64,000 nt of DNA, from the NCBI GenBank assembly GCA_951406725.2, contig OX597816.1, positions 169,818,001 to 169,882,000 on the forward strand, read 5' to 3'. The notes beneath the pieces were generated by a model that saw nothing but the letters and a program-made list of their open reading frames with translations, was not told the DNA's origin and did not search any database. This DNA is from Octopus vulgaris (lineage: Eukaryota). Below, piece after piece: positions 11,773 through 26,675 of the stretch. Positions within the stretch are counted from its first letter, which is position 1. Each line of letters starts with the position of its first letter. The translations under genes were made by a program, and so were the position numbers.

Positions 11773-12232
11773 ACAGGCGTGGCTGTGTGGTAAGAAGTTT
11801 GCTTCCCAACCACTGCGTCTCTGGTTCAACCTGCTGCGTGGCATTTTGTGCAAGTGTCTTCTTCTATAGCCTCAAGCCGACGAAAGCCGTGAGAGCTGAT
11901 TTGGTAGACGGAAACTGAAAGAAACCCGTTGTATATATATATATATGTGTGTGTGTGTCTATATGCATGCATGTATGTATGTATGTATGTATGTATGTAT
12001 GTACGTATGTATGTATGTATGTATGTATGTGTGTGTATGTATTTGTGTCTACGTTTGTCCCTCATCAGTGTTGGTAACTTTGCGATTCGGCAAAAGAGAT
12101 GAATAGAATAAGCAAAAGACTTAGAAAAGGAATTAAATAATGGGGTCGATTAGGTCGACCAAAATTCTCCAAGGCTGTGCCCCAGCATGGACGCAGTCTA
12201 GTGACTGAAACAAGTAAAAGATGAAAGATAGA
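11773..12232 (+). mobile_element. SINE family B (tRNA-like head, CORE-like segment, internal microsatellite)
   Basis: GGCGTGGCTGTGTGGTAAG...GCAAGTGTCTTCT...GAAACTGAAAGAA...CCAGCATGG...TGAAACAAGTAAAAGA. Confidence 0.85.
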
Positions 12233-15000
12233 AGAAATTCAGTTTAAAATGGAACCCACGTTGCACATTTTTTTCAAGAAACATTTTTCAAAGTCATTTT
12301 AAAAATCTTTCTGTTTTTGTCATTGATTAATCAACAAAACATATTGCTGAAAAACGCGATAGCATATTTATTTTTTGTTGTTAAATAAATCATATCTTAT
12401 CCCAGCAGAGAAAAAATTAAAACAAATCAGAAAAATATCTTAAGCTTGTGTGAGAAAAACAATTATCTATTACATCTGTTGAATATAAAAATTTGATAAA
12501 AATAACAAAACTTATGTTTTCATAAGTTTATAACTAAGTATAAGTGGATACAAAGTCAGAATTTACGTTTCACTGATTTATTCTCTTTAAATGAGAATAT
12601 TTTAACGTTTTATTTTATATGAAATATTACGTAAAGTATATTAATCATTTTTTCATAACTAATAAATAAGGCCTTGAAAGTTATTAACAAAACGTGCTCT
12701 GTGAGGCTAACGTCTATTACAAACTGAGAATCACAGAGGAACATGTACCAGTAACCAACTAACACCAGGATATCAGATTTCAATCTCCGATGGAAGCCAT
12801 TTTGTTTCACTTGCATTGATGATCCATGAACTATTCACGTGCTTCATGAAAAAAAAAACGTTACTCCTGTCTAAAATATATGGAGGTCTTTGTCTTGACA
12901 GATGAATTGCAAAAATAGAGCAAGTTTCTTTTGAGAACGTCATCAACAAGAAAAACTTATAAATAAAAAAGGCCACCTGAAAAGTGAATTTATAGAGTTT
13001 TACCTGACGTTTAGCAACTGTTGAATAAACGAAAGATTTTGTTATTTATTTGGTAAAATTGAAAAATAAAATTTTATTCTATATAGCAAAAAATTATCAG
13101 AAGGGTTGGTCTGAATAATGAAAATACATCTATTCGCATTACACTGACTGATTCATCTTATCCAACTGAACGAGTTAGTAACCCTTAACGAATTTATACA
13201 AAACTCCAATTTTTTAGTGAATTCTTTCTCTTTTCTACTCCTTTCATATACAACAAAGTCAATCGAGGAATTAATGAACGCATTTGTATTTAGTGTTTTG
13301 CAGCTGAGAAATATATCTATATCTGGAAATGAATAGAAGGATTTAGTGCAGTACCTATGCGCACAGTTGAATGATATAACTAAACAGTTGAAAGCTTATA
13401 CAAATCGCTCTATTTATACAATCTCGATGTTGCATTTGCTTTAATTGTTATAAGATACAGGGGTCTGTTAGTATAACAAATTACGCATTTAAACATTTCT
13501 AAACTGGAAGATTATGCACGTATTCTGAAACTATTTACATAACTAGATTTCATTCCCGCCTGGCTGCAGTAATCTTTCAAATACTAAAGCTTATACGGCC
13601 TCATAATATTGCTCAGAAATTAAATTAATGGAGTTAATAGTTTCTGCAGCTACAAATCTCTGTTGCATTGTAACAGTGTCCGTAAACGCTTAACGCTATT
13701 TATATCGCGACTTTATAACCTTAATATACGAGGATATTATTTGGAAGGATACTATTTACAATTATTTTTATATAATCATTCTGGATTTTGCGCTTCGAGG
13801 TTGAATAAAGTCTTGGTTTTAAGATCCAAGTATTCTCACCTAGTGATCACAAAATCGTTGTTTTGCAAACTTGATTTTATATGGTGATTTTATACTTACA
13901 GGGTTCATTAGAATTATTTTATTAGTCCATTAACAAAATTAATTTTACAGGCTGCTTATTATCTGTGGAGAACGTCATCCAATCGATTCAATTCTACTTT
14001 ATTCCACACAACAGGCTGGTTAACATTGTTGAAAATACAGTTTGATCAAAATCATAATTTAATACCATCCCCTGCACTGCAAAAAAAATCAATAACCCCC
14101 TTCTATAATCAACTCCAAAATCTTATTTGCTGTTTTAACATTTTAACTGAAGTGAGAATGTTTTGTTAAAACTGTATTAGTAATATACAAACATGCTATC
14201 TTCCTTGGTGGAGGCAACAACCACGGAAATAATCACATCAGAAGCGTAACACAAAACATAAATTTAAAATTACATTTTCAAGCGTTATTTTCCAATACTA
14301 TTTGACAGTTACATGATTTATGAAGTATCTGAATATTTGGTTATATGAAATAATAATTTGACATCAGAATCAAAATTCACAGTAAACATTATCAATACTG
14401 AACATATGAAGGACATTGAAAAGAAGTGAGGTAGTAGAGTGTCAAATTCAACATAATACATACTATAACTAATACTTCATATTCCCGAATTTAAATTCCA
14501 CAAGACTCAAATTAACCTTTCATTTCTCTTATATTGATAAAGTAATTTGCAGAAATATACGTGAGCAAATTAATAGGAGTATATTGCATTTCATAAATTA
14601 AATTTGCATTTAAAAGAATCAATATTTTAATCCTTTCTTTTTACTTGATATAAAGTTATTGCCACCATTGTTTAGCACAGGGTGGATTTGATCGAGCCAA
14701 CCAATCATCAAAGTCATTAAAACTCTTATCAACTCCAAACATATCATTTAGATATGATGATAACTTTCTTCGGCAAGTCTCTGAGATCCGGCAAAAGGTC
14801 GCGGCATCTTACCTTCCCCTTTATAACTGATGTACTCTTTATTTTTTTTTACCTTTATAACTCAGTAGGGTCCCAATCGAAAGATAGTCAACTAAACACC
14901 TGTATTAGTGCGCATTTGAAATTAGGTCTTGCTACCTCCATACTGGGAACATTCTATATACACACATACACATATATGTGTATATGTCTGTCTGTTTGAC

Positions 15001-15021
15001 CATCCATCCATCCATCCATCC

Positions 15022-15107
<86 letters not shown>

Positions 15108-15154
15108 ATACGTATACACGTTGTGTGTGTATGTGTGTGCGCGTGTGTGTGTGC

Positions 15155-15220
<66 letters not shown>
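15001..15220. repeat. (CATC)n-(TATC)n-(TG)n compound microsatellite
   Basis: Directly visible. Confidence 0.95.
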
Positions 15221-15222
<2 letters not shown>

Positions 15223-15621
15223 CTTGTTAAATGTCTTCCAACCACTCGTATTTTCTGAAATTTTATTTGAGAAATTTTCAAAAAAAAAAAAAAATTTTGT
15301 TGTTTTGTCTTGCGGATAACAAAAATCGTATTCATTTCTTCGAAAAATTAATAATAAACAAGTCAGAGAAATTTAAAGTTACGTGAATTTTGGCAAGGAA
15401 ACAAGCTCAGAGTCCTCGCAGCAGAAGTCGAAACTGTTTGTTGTCATGACAACCCCAGTATATTGGTGTTTACCCACGGAACCGTATACGAACTTTTGAG
15501 TAAAATTATGCAAATTTAAATGTCCCTAAATTCTTTATTATTAAATTTTTGGAAAAATTTGGAAACAGTTCTTTAAAATTTGAATATCTGCAAGTGGTTG
15601 GAAGAAATTTGACATGATTCA
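15219..15621. mobile_element. MITE-like element with ~45-bp imperfect TIRs
   Basis: Left end ATCTTGTTAAATGTCTTCCAACCACTCG versus right end CAAGTGGTTGGAAGAAATTTGACATGAT. Confidence 0.7.
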
Positions 15622-15992
15622 TACACACACACGCATACACATATAGAATCAGACGATGTTAATGGATACAGGCTACTGATTAAATGTTAACATACAGAAA
15701 TTATGTGATCTAGCAGTTCAACCACTGATGCAGGCTAATTTTCGTCTGACATTGATATCTCAGTGCCTTTAAGAACATCTATACGAGATGCTCTCTCAAG
15801 ACAAATACCGTAGTATTACGGTGTTCTAACAATGCATCAACGCGCGCACACACACAGCAACACTATATATATATATATACACATACACACATACCCCAGA
15901 CACCCGCACACACGCACACATATACATACATACATACAAACATGTGTGTATCTGTGTACAATCAAAGTAGAGTTAACCAATGTAGTACAACG

Positions 15993-16400
15993 TTTTGAAC
16001 GGCAGTTTTTAACATAATTTCTAGGTAACTAAAAAATTTTAAACTTTGTGTACTGGTAGAATGTGTTTATAAAACATCTTTTTATCTTGGCTTTATTGAG
16101 AAAATTCTATAGTTTGTAAGATATTTGTTGTCTTTTTTCTTCAATTTCTTCAATTTCCACCAATCAATGACGTCCATTGAGGTAAAAAATCATTCTGTGC
16201 CGTATGAATATGTCCCTCGTTTAAGAAACAGATTGGGTTTATTTACATTTGTGTAGAAAAAAAGATACCCTTCCCCCTACCCCTACCCTAACCCTAAAAC
16301 AGATTGAAATGCAATAGATTGATACTAGGTTCATGATTATGGGTGACAATTTCCTATGACACCGCTAGAAAAAACTGCCGTTCAAACCGAAAAGATCCCA
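15993..16400. mobile_element. Non-autonomous DNA element with inverted ends and internal telomere-like repeats
   Basis: TTTGAACGGCAGTTTTT (~15993) versus AAAAACTGCCGTTCAAA (~16370); CCCTACCCCTACCCTAACCCTAA at ~16275. Confidence 0.65.
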
Positions 16401-16577
16401 ACTTTTAAATACTAGAATACAAACTTGAAACAAAATCTTTAGATACAAACTTATATCAGATGAAAATAATTATCAGTCGTAATTAGTTTTACATCATTTT
16501 CTTCACTTACAATCTATAATACATGCATTTTATTTGTTTTCTTTTTCTATTTTTCTGTTTTACACTTCTACCTGTAG

Positions 16578-16722
16578 CAGCCTTAAGAGAAGTCCACTTA
16601 AGCCAACAAACTTTCGATACAGATATCTTACTCGCTCGGGGAACTGTTTACTTTTCAAACCTGATGAGGTTAGCATTCGAATAGCAGCAACTAATAACGT
16701 CTACGAGCGAGCGATTACTGTG
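16578..16722 (+). CDS. Zinc metallopeptidase gene, first identifiable coding exon
   Basis: Pyrimidine tract plus TAG/CAG acceptor, GTAAGT donor, phase 2 to 0. Encodes SLKRSPLKPTNFRYRYLTRSGNCLLFKPDEVSIRIAATNNVYERAITV. Confidence 0.75.
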
Positions 16723-17015
16723 GTAAGTTATAAAATTATCGGGATAATAAAAATACAAGTAATTCAAATATACTAACTAATAACAGCAATAATAACTAAA
16801 TAGTTGCAATAATATTTTACGGGATGCACTTATGTGACGCCAGTTTACATACATAAAATTTCTCTGCAGCATCATATAATGTTATTGCTGCTGATGCAAA
16901 CGGCAGACCAACCAACGTACCAAATGACTTTAAATACTACATAAATATGTACACACTCACACACACACATATACATAGATGCATACACACACATGCACAC
17001 AAACACATACACACA

Positions 17016-17054
<39 letters not shown>

Positions 17055-17154
17055 GATACATATACAAACATACACACACATTCAAACATACACACGAACA
17101 CATATACGACTCTCACCTACACGCAAAACAAAGAAATCGTAACATGTGTGTATA

Positions 17155-17303
17155 GGAGCACTCCGTCGGTTGCGACGACGAGGGTCCCAGCTGATACGAT
17201 CAACGGAACAACTTGCTCGTGAAATTAACGTGCAAGTGGCTGAGCACTCCACTGTCACATGTACCCTTAACGTAGTTCTCGGGGAGATTCAGCGTGACAC
17301 AGT
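17155..17303 (-). mobile_element. SINE family A 3' fragment
   Basis: Reverse complement of the 3' part of 21324-21706. Confidence 0.8.
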
Positions 17304-17397
17304 AACATGTGTGTATACATACATACAACATACATACATACATACATACATACATACATACATACATACATACACACATACATACATACATACACAG

Positions 17398-17436
<39 letters not shown>

Positions 17437-17672
17437 AAGGCGGCGAGCTGGCAGGAAAGGTTAGCACGCCGGGCGAAATACGTGGCCGTATTTCGTCTGC
17501 CGTTACGTTCTGAGTTACAAATTCCGCCGAGGTCGACTTTGCCTTTCATCCTTTCGGGGTCGATAAATTAAGTACCAGTTGCGCACTGGGGTCGATGTAA
17601 TCGACTTAATCCGTTTGTCTGTCCTTGTTTGTTCTCTCTGTGTTTAGCCCCTTGTGGGTAGTAAAGAAATAT
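17437..17672 (+). mobile_element. SINE family C
   Basis: AAGGCGGCGAGCTGGCAG...GCCGAGGTCGACTTTGCCTTTCATCCTTTCGGGGTCGATAAATTAAGTACC...GTAAAGAAATA. Further copies at 19053, 33775 and 48088, with fragments at 1-75, 25655, 29205 and 54290. Confidence 0.85.
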
Positions 17673-17719
17673 ATATATATATATATATATTAATGCATAT
17701 ATATGTACGTAGTACATCT

Positions 17720-17765
<46 letters not shown>

Positions 17766-17837
17766 ACACAGTGTTTTTCTTTAACATCCTCAAACCGCTT
17801 TATATTTATTAATCATGATGACATTCCATTCGTGCAG

Positions 17838-17991
17838 ACATGTTTAACTCTTTCGAAGATTACTCAATACATGCCGAGAGAAGTGTTCGCGAATGTCTCA
17901 AAATCCCACGGCGTTGGTATCTTTACGTTAGCCGAAACGCTATCTGTATATCCAGAGAATGCTGATTTAGTTGACAGACCGGAGTGCTTTC
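17838..17991 (+). CDS. Zinc metallopeptidase gene, coding exon
   Basis: TGCAG acceptor, GTAAGT donor, phase 0 to 1. Encodes TCLTLSKITQYMPREVFANVSKSHGVGIFTLAETLSVYPENADLVDRPECF. Confidence 0.85.
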
Positions 17992-19052
17992 GTAAGTAAT
18001 CTGCATCATTCTATCTGATTATATAAAATTATATGTAAAAGCAAATGTTATTGTTTGATTTAGAAAAATATTAGTTAATAGTTCTTATTGTACCGTTCCG
18101 CCATTGTATTCTAATATCCACAAATTGAAATGTATCTATCATAACAGTTGGTAAGCTGCAGAAGCTGATAAAAGTAAAAAATTACAATACAGAATATTTC
18201 CACAAAATGATAAATATCTTTCATAATTATATACAAATATTATACTGAGTACAAGTGAGAATGATATGAAGCTTCCCTATTTGAAGAAAAAATACAAAAG
18301 CCACTGTTTTGCGTAGATTTATGATTCCAAACTATTTTTGAAGTTTTGTTGTTATTTTGCTTTTATCAGATATATTTTACAGAAATAAAGCAAAATCTAC
18401 TTAATCCGTTTTTATTTCAATAAGAATGTTGAAAATTGCTTAGTCGAAGAAACTGTCGCCCAAAAATCTGAATCTACTTATTTGAAATAATTATTAGAGT
18501 TTGTAAGACGTGAAGCGTGTGTTCTATAATTATAATAATAATTTTCTTTCTATAATTATGATTAGATAAAACAAGCATAAAATTAAGGAGAATGCTTTCA
18601 TGTATCTTATCAAATATTCAGTCATTTACGGATTTTGCTTATTTTACATAATTATATTCTTGCAAGAATGCATTCACTTGAATTATCAATTTAGATAATT
18701 GAATGTGAAGTTGTGTTTCTTTCATAGTACTTTTTTTTGCCGCAGGAAATATATAACAATGAACAACGCATTTCATGTAGCAGCTGACATAAACGAGCAA
18801 ATGTTTATTTTTTTGAATAGGATTTTCAAAAAGGTTATTGTATCCTTTGGTTTCAAAAATATAACATTGCTTGAGTATCATAACAAATAAAGTAGATAAA
18901 CTAAAATCATTACGAAAATATTTTTCTCGGTGTAAAGTGAGCGCAGAAGAGCAACAGACATACTTGCATGCAAACCGGGAACGCGATATGGGTTTACTTC
19001 CTCATTAAGCTTCTGTTACTTTAATTGCCCCGCTAATACCAAGGGCAACGAA

Positions 19053-19292
19053 CGGCGGTGAGCTGGCAGAAAAGTTAGCAGGCCGGGCGAAATACTTAGC
19101 GGTATTTCGGCTGCCGCTACGTTCTGAGTTCAAATTCCGCCGGGATCGACTTTGCCTTTCCTCCTTTCCGGGTCGATTAGATAAATAGTAGTTACGCACT
19201 GGGGTCGATATAATCGACTTAATCCGTTTGTCTGTCCTTTTTTGTCCCCTCTGTGTGTAGCCCTTTGTGGGCAGTAAAAAAGTAAGAAATAA
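19053..19292 (+). mobile_element. SINE family C
   Basis: Colinear with 17437-17672. Confidence 0.85.
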
Positions 19293-19568
19293 GAATACCA
19301 ATGGCAACAAAAGGTACGACTGGCACAAATCCCATATTCTCTTTTATGGGTTACTGCGAAAATAATAAATCAATAATACTTCGGCTTATATCATAATGCA
19401 GAGTAATTTTATGGCGAATCGTGTTATTAGTTCAGACCTGACCACGGCATTCCGATTTTACTTAAGTCACGTAAGAACACGTGACACACATCATTATTAC
19501 TTCCCACCAATAAATTTGAGACACTTATTATGTTTCATGAATTAAAGATTTTGCTTTCTTTCTTGCAG

Positions 19569-19777
19569 AGACTTGTGAAGGTGTTTGTAATAATACGTGT
19601 ACATTCGATGGTAGAAAATACTCAGAAGTTGCTGGTTTAACCAATGAAATTAGTCTATCCAACATGGAATCAATTCTTTGTTTACCGACAGATATTTACC
19701 AAGGAGCAGAGAATATTCTCACTCATGAGTTTGCTCATCTTGTACATATGTATATGAATGATACGTGGAAAGATAAG
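19569..19777 (+). CDS. Zinc metallopeptidase gene, catalytic HExxH exon
   Basis: TTGCAG acceptor, GTCAGT donor, phase 1 to 0. Encodes TCEGVCNNTCTFDGRKYSEVAGLTNEISLSNMESILCLPTDIYQGAENILTHEFAHLVHMYMNDTWKDK (HEFAH at 19724-19738). Absent from the ORF track. Confidence 0.9.
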
Positions 19778-20559
19778 GTCAGTAAAAATATGTAACATGT
19801 CGTAAAACTTAAACGTTTTCTTTTAATTATTCTTTTTTTTTTCAGAATAATTCTTCTGTACCATACCGATATATACACCCATAATACATTACTATAGTTT
19901 CTCTTAAGAAAAGCAGATTCACAGTAATGGCAGAATTTATTTTGTGATCTTTTTCGTATTCTAAGTTCAAATCATGACAAATTCTATTTATTTAACTTCT
20001 ATTTATCCCTGCCGGACAAAAAAACTAAATATCAGTTATTAGTTCTGAGCTCTAGATCAATACCGATCGATCATTTCAATGAATATCTTACTATCTGCGA
20101 CTCGCAATCTTTTTATATGAATTACCACATTCTCCAATATAGTGTAAATTTAAGGAAATTTGGCCGCTATATCTAGCAGGTCGGAAAACAATATACGGGA
20201 TACGTCAGATTTAATGTTAGAGACACATCGACAATATATCTCGTCACGAAGTCGTGGTATCGGGCAAAAGTTAGAAATCGTACTTCATCATTCTTGAAAA
20301 AACTAATTTCTTTTCAGAATGAAAATTATTTTGTTTTAATCAATTTTAATAGTCACGAATAACATACAATTAAAACAACATTACTAAAAATGCTCGGTAT
20401 TATTCTTCTTGAAGATACCTCATAATGCTCGCCCGTATTTATAATATTACCAAAATCGTGTCACATATACCTGCCTCATTCTTTAGAGTTAGGTATACAT
20501 AATGGAGTGCTGCTCACATCTTTGGGATGGCATCGCTGCTACACATACAAAGATCCTAG

Positions 20560-21000
20560 ATCAAACCAATGACGGCCTTCCGACAGATTGACCAGTCATT
20601 AAAGCCAAAATTCTTTAATGATTGGTTCACAGATATCCACAGGTTTGCCATCCAGGCTTACTCGTATCGCCCACATTTTCTCTTCCCAAGACCCTGACTG
20701 TGCTTCATCTTATCCAATATTTCTCTAGAATAACGTCCCTTTCGAATTTATCCATACCTCTGCTTTTCTCCATTAATTCACAGATTTTTCAAGTTGAGGA
20801 TCGACTGTACCATTCTCAGTGTATCAGGATTGTTATAAATCATAGACTTGGACCCTCCTACTTTACGTAGCTTACACACCTCTCAAAATCAAACCAGTAA
20901 TTCTCATAGAAAGGACGTAATTCTGACAAAATCCAATATCCTGTTCCAAAATATACATTTATTTACAACAAACCATTATCTACCATTCTCCCGAAGAGGG
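20560..21000 (-). mobile_element. Possible decayed LINE ORF2 C-terminus
   Basis: Minus frame fragment RGMDKFERDVILEKYW loosely resembles L1/Tx1-type C-termini; many stops. Confidence 0.25.
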
Positions 21001-21323
21001 AGAATCTGCAAGAACAACTCATATTGATTTCCTTTGAAAAATATTCTAGTACAGACATTGAATCAACTTCAATGTATTACAAGAAATTTATCACAGCCTG
21101 CACATGAAAGGCAAAGCGAATCCCATTAAGATTAGGCGTGGAAAAAAGAATATATTCGAGAATGAGGTACTAAAGAGTTATGTATAAACATAGCGTCCGG
21201 TTTTCTATCCAATCTACGACCACCCTCTTTCTTACCGTTCAGTAATTTACTTGCTTAGGTACAACACAGTTTTCATGGTGTGTAGAACATTCCATTCTAT
21301 CAACAGTGTTTATTTATTTATCG

Positions 21324-21706
21324 TGGAGGCGCAATGGCCCAGTGGTTAGGGCAGCGGACTCGCGGTCGTAGGATCGCGGTTTCGATTCCCAGACCGGGCG
21401 TTGTGAGTGTTTATTGAGCGAAAACACCTAAAGCTCCACGAGGCTCCGGCAGGGGATGGTGGGGATCCCTGTTGTACTCTTTCACCACAACTCTCACTCT
21501 TACTTCCTGTTTCTGTTGTACCTGTATTTCAAAGGGCCGGCCTTGTCACTCTCTGTGTCACGCTGAATATCCCCGAGAACTACGTTAAGGGTACACGTGT
21601 CTGTGGAGTGCTCAGCCACTTACACGTTAATTTCACGAGCAGGCTGTTCCGTTGATCGGATCAGCCGGAACCCTCGTCGTCGTAACCGACGGAGTGCTTC
21701 CATCCC
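21324..21706 (+). mobile_element. Full-length SINE family A (tRNA-derived) with 12-bp TSD
   Basis: A box TGGCCCAGTGG and B box-like GGTTTCGATTCCC. TSD ATTTATTTATCG at 21312-21323 and 21707-21718. Confidence 0.9.
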
Positions 21707-22756
21707 ATTTATTTATCGACCGTGTTGGAACATGAATTAGCTATGTTGTAATGCCAAATGTATATAACATAAAATATTTAAAATGTGGCTGTCTTATTAA
21801 TTCCATTTTAGCAGATTTAGTATTAACGAAGTTCTCTATTGTTGTCTTACTTTCTTGAAAAATAATAACAAAACAATGAACAATGCTTTCTTTATCTGAA
21901 GTATGTGCCGTAGCGGGTCAGATACAATCGTTTGATCTTAATTCTGTTTATAGATGGGTGAATAAAGTATTGATTTTTGACGGGAGAAAATCTGGATTAT
22001 AAAATCAGTACAATTGAATTGTCTCCCGTTAACGACGTAAGGATAATGGAAGTTTTTTTTTTTTTGATTTTCTATTTTACTTGACTTAATCATAGAAGGA
22101 GCAGCATTATGAAACTTTCAAGAAATCTGAGACTTGTGGGAGAAAAGGTAGAAAATTATCTTTATACTTCAGACAATTATACTTAACTCTTGCAATACAA
22201 TGTAATCCATTAAAAGCACTCAAAGAAAGATGGTGGTGCAAAATTGGGCGACGGACGGACTGTCTACTTCCCAAGAACAAGAATAGTTTTACTAGCTGGT
22301 TATTCCATAGTTTCCATCTACCAAATTTCACTCATAAAGATTTGTTTAATTTAAAGGTGCAAGACGCTTACTTAAGGTGCCATGTTGTAGGATTGAACCT
22401 TAAACGGCGTAGTTACATTTAAAACTTCTGCACCACAAAACTATGCCTGCATGCATAATCCATACCTCTACTAGAGATCAGCGCTTTTCGTTAAGTAAAT
22501 TCTCAATGATTTCAAGTCAGTCGTGGGTTCGACTTCTACTATGTCTTCAGTGGTTTGGATGAGTAATATATGTAAGAAATTTGAAAAGCTGAACGCGAAA
22601 CCGGTCATTTCTTCCAAAACTTTGTCATTGTATGAAAAAAATTTATAACATTCTTCTGACATAATGACTCAAATATATATTTTTTAACCTTTTAAAACAA
22701 GCCTTCTGTAGTTTTTTCACTTTTTTCACTTTTTACTATTTTATATATATAAGTCA

Positions 22757-22792
<36 letters not shown>

Positions 22793-23286
22793 CTGTGTGT
22801 GTGCGTGCACGTGTCAGTAACTACTGAATCTGAACCATCTTGTATTAAGAATTTGACTATTTAATCAATCAGAAATTTGCAGTTTTGTATTTCAGGTTTA
22901 ATTATCACTAAACTGTAATAACTTTCTATAATACATCATTTTGATTATATGATAATCAAAATAACATATTAAGTATAATGAGAGACATTTAAATGAAGGA
23001 TATGTTTTAAAACTGAAAACAGAGGATCATAAACTATTTTACAGAATATAGTGAATTAAGAGTATTACATTTAAATATTGAAATATAGAGGACTAACACA
23101 GCCTATTACTAGATGCTTTGTTAACAATGTACAGTATAAGGAAACTTTCAATTTTATTGTATTAGAAAAGTATATACTTGGAACCATAACTTTTAATAAT
23201 GAATTATATATATCGAGACAATCTTCAATTATAGGACAAATAAGTAAATTATGAATAATTCATATGTAAATAAATGGTTATTTCAG

Positions 23287-23441
23287 ATAATGGCTGCATA
23301 TCAGAAGGCTAAATCGAACAAACTTTGGCGCCAACATAGTTATGCAATGGAGAATGAATACGAATATTTTGCTGTAGCAGCCGAGTCATTCTTTCACGAC
23401 ATTATCCGAAAAGATGCTAAATCGACCGGTGGCATGAATAT
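23287..23441 (+). CDS. Zinc metallopeptidase gene, exon with putative third ligand (EYFA)
   Basis: TTTCAG acceptor, GTATGT donor, phase 0 to 2. Encodes IMAAYQKAKSNKLWRQHSYAMENEYEYFAVAAESFFHDIIRKDAKSTGGMN. Confidence 0.9.
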
Positions 23442-24249
23442 GTATGTATACGTATCCTTCTATTATCTAGTTCCATACTTTATTTTGTCCGAAGTGGGAA
23501 ATGTAGAAAACGTAATTTGACCATTCACCATTCACCATACATGTTTATATACGTTATTTGCAACATAAATTAAAATCGTATTGAAAATAAACATCATAGT
23601 TTGTATTTGAAGAAATCGATAGTCTATATAAAGTTTGAGAAAGTTTTCGTAATTTTTTATCTACGATTTTCCTCATAAATGAAGTAGTGAAAACGTTCTC
23701 TCAGTTATTTCGGAATAGAAAGGATTTAAAAATAAATTAAGTCGTATTCCTGATATATAATCCACAGCGCTATGGTTCCTGTTAAAAATCATTTTAGTGT
23801 ACGGGATTTGAAATATAATGTTCAGATTTTTATTTTACTCATCGGTATCTTAAAAGTTGTCATTAAAATGATAAAAAAAATTTCTGACAAAAGAATCTTT
23901 CCGTTAAATAATAAATAAAGAATCATAGCATTTTCGTATGTAAAGCTATTAATGTTTGTTTTATTATTTTATTATAGTGAAATATTGAATTTTCTGGAAA
24001 TTTCTGTTGTATTCATAGTAATTCAAGATAGTGTCGTCTCTTGCTTGCAGACAATTTCTTATATCTATAGGGACAGTAAATACATGATCGTAAATAAGAA
24101 TTTTAAAATAAAAAAACGTAATGTCGAACCATTGTTAAAAAAGGAAACCAAAGAATATATTGCAAACAAAATTTAAACCTTAATACCTCCCAGAGGAAAG
24201 CTTTTCGTGGTTATATTTTCATGTTTCAAATGGCATATTTCTGATAGAC

Positions 24250-24612
<363 letters not shown>

Positions 24613-24877
24613 GCATGTACTATTTTTCACTATACGGTTATTTTCTAAAATTGAGTTATGCCAAGTGCCACCAATAGCTTTCTTGGTTGTAATGGAACAA
24701 TGAAACTGGTTTACTGCAGTTAACTTTAATTCCAGCGAATTCAAAACCAGCAACAAAAAAATATACAACTCAAATTTGAAGAAAAATCTATGATTTTTAA
24801 GAGAAGCTTTAGAAAAGCGACACAAAATTCAATTACTGAAGAGAGCTGCTCAGCATACATTTTACTTCTGTAAACAG

Positions 24878-25035
24878 GTGCAGGAGTGATTGTGTGATTA
24901 AAAAGCTTATTTTGAAACCATGCGATTTCGGGTTCAATCCCATTGCATGATACCTTGAACAGGTGTCTTTTAGTATAGCTTCGGGTTGATCAATGCCTTC
25001 TGAATTTGGTTTAGGAAAACTCTGTGGTAATGTAT
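24878..25035 (+). mobile_element. SINE family B head, diverged
   Basis: AGGAGTGATTGTGTG...GGGTTCAATCCCATTGC...CTTGAACAGGTGTCTT. Confidence 0.65.
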
Positions 25036-25059
25036 AGTACATATTCATACACACACACA

Positions 25060-25382
<323 letters not shown>

Positions 25383-26265
25383 CATACATATGTACATACA
25401 TATATATATATATATGCATATATATACATATATGTATGTGCGCAGAAGTGTGTGGGTGTTGTCAAGCGATGGGGATGGACAATCAGAAGCCTAAACACAT
25501 ACACCCACCCACTCACATCTACGCCCCTACATATATGTATATATGTATGTAACGTTAAAAGTTATTGTTAATAAAAATAATTGAGTAATTATAATTTGTA
25601 AGAGTAACTCTTCGCCTGTCTGTTTTCTTTAATAACCTCTGAATTTGATTGTCCTTAGGGTCTGAGTTCAAATTCAGCCTTTCATTCTTTCGAGATCGAT
25701 AAAATAAGTACCAATTGAATAGGGCGGTCGATGTAATTGACTTACTCACTCACCCGAAATTGCTGGCCTTGTGCCAAAATTTGGAAAGCAATATCTGTAT
25801 TGCGATAGTTTAATCGTCGGAACTTTAGAGAATGATACGTACATATGCAGCATACTAGTTCCATTAATTTTGAGAAATTTCTGTATTTATTTCACGAGAG
25901 AAAGTTGTATACCTGTCGAGAGGTACATATTAGGGGATTCTATAGAACAATCAATGTATTTGATTAATTAGATCGAGTCTATCAGTTAACGAACATAGTT
26001 ACGTAATAACCGTGCTAACATTATTTCTGATTGTAAAGAGAAACAGACTAAGTGACGCATGGAAAATGATAAATGTAGAACAGTCCGAACTGCATGGGAA
26101 CAACTTGAGATATCCTCATTATAGTAAGCTGATGTTTGATCTTATATTTCAACAAGTATTTTAGCTAGAACAGCTGGATGATTGCTATTTGCCACTGCTA
26201 CGTGAATGAAGAGTTTTTCTTGTTTCATTTTATCTGAAAATAGTTTCGATTTTGTACACATTCAT

Positions 26266-26675
26266 CTCTTTACTCTTTTACTCTTTTACTTGTTTCAGCC
26301 ATTTGACTGCGGCCATGCTGGAGCACCGCCTTTAGTCGAGCAAATCGACCCCGGGACTTATTCTTTGTAAGCCCAGTACTTATTCTATCGGTCTCTTTTG
26401 CCGAACCGCTAAGTGACGGGGACATACACACACCAGCATCGGTTGTCAAGCAATTCTAGGGGGACAAACACAGACACATAAACACATACACACACATAAA
26501 TATATATACATATATACGACAGGCTTCTTTCAGTTTCCGTCTACCAAATCCACTCACAAGACATTGGTCGGCCCGGGGCTATAGCAGAAGACACTTGCCC
26601 AAGATGCCACGCAGTGGGACTGAACCCGGAACCATGTGGTTAGTTAGCAAGCTACTTACCACACAGCCACTCCTG
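26266..26675 (-). mobile_element. SINE family B
   Basis: Full-length, with (AAAAGAGT)n tail. Confidence 0.9.

Noticed and set aside
13663-13800. SGFCAS-ending frame as signal-peptide exon
   Set aside because: Phase fits, but the donor (GTTGAA) is poor and there is no ATG with a hydrophobic core.
16270-16300. Interstitial telomere
   Set aside because: Only about two CCCTAA units, internal to a TIR-bearing repeat.
16655-16690. CTGATGAG as a hammerhead core
   Set aside because: It lies in a coding exon (PDEV) and has no GAAA or supporting stems.
21324-21400. tRNA gene
   Set aside because: A and B boxes run into a SINE body with a TSD; it is a SINE head.
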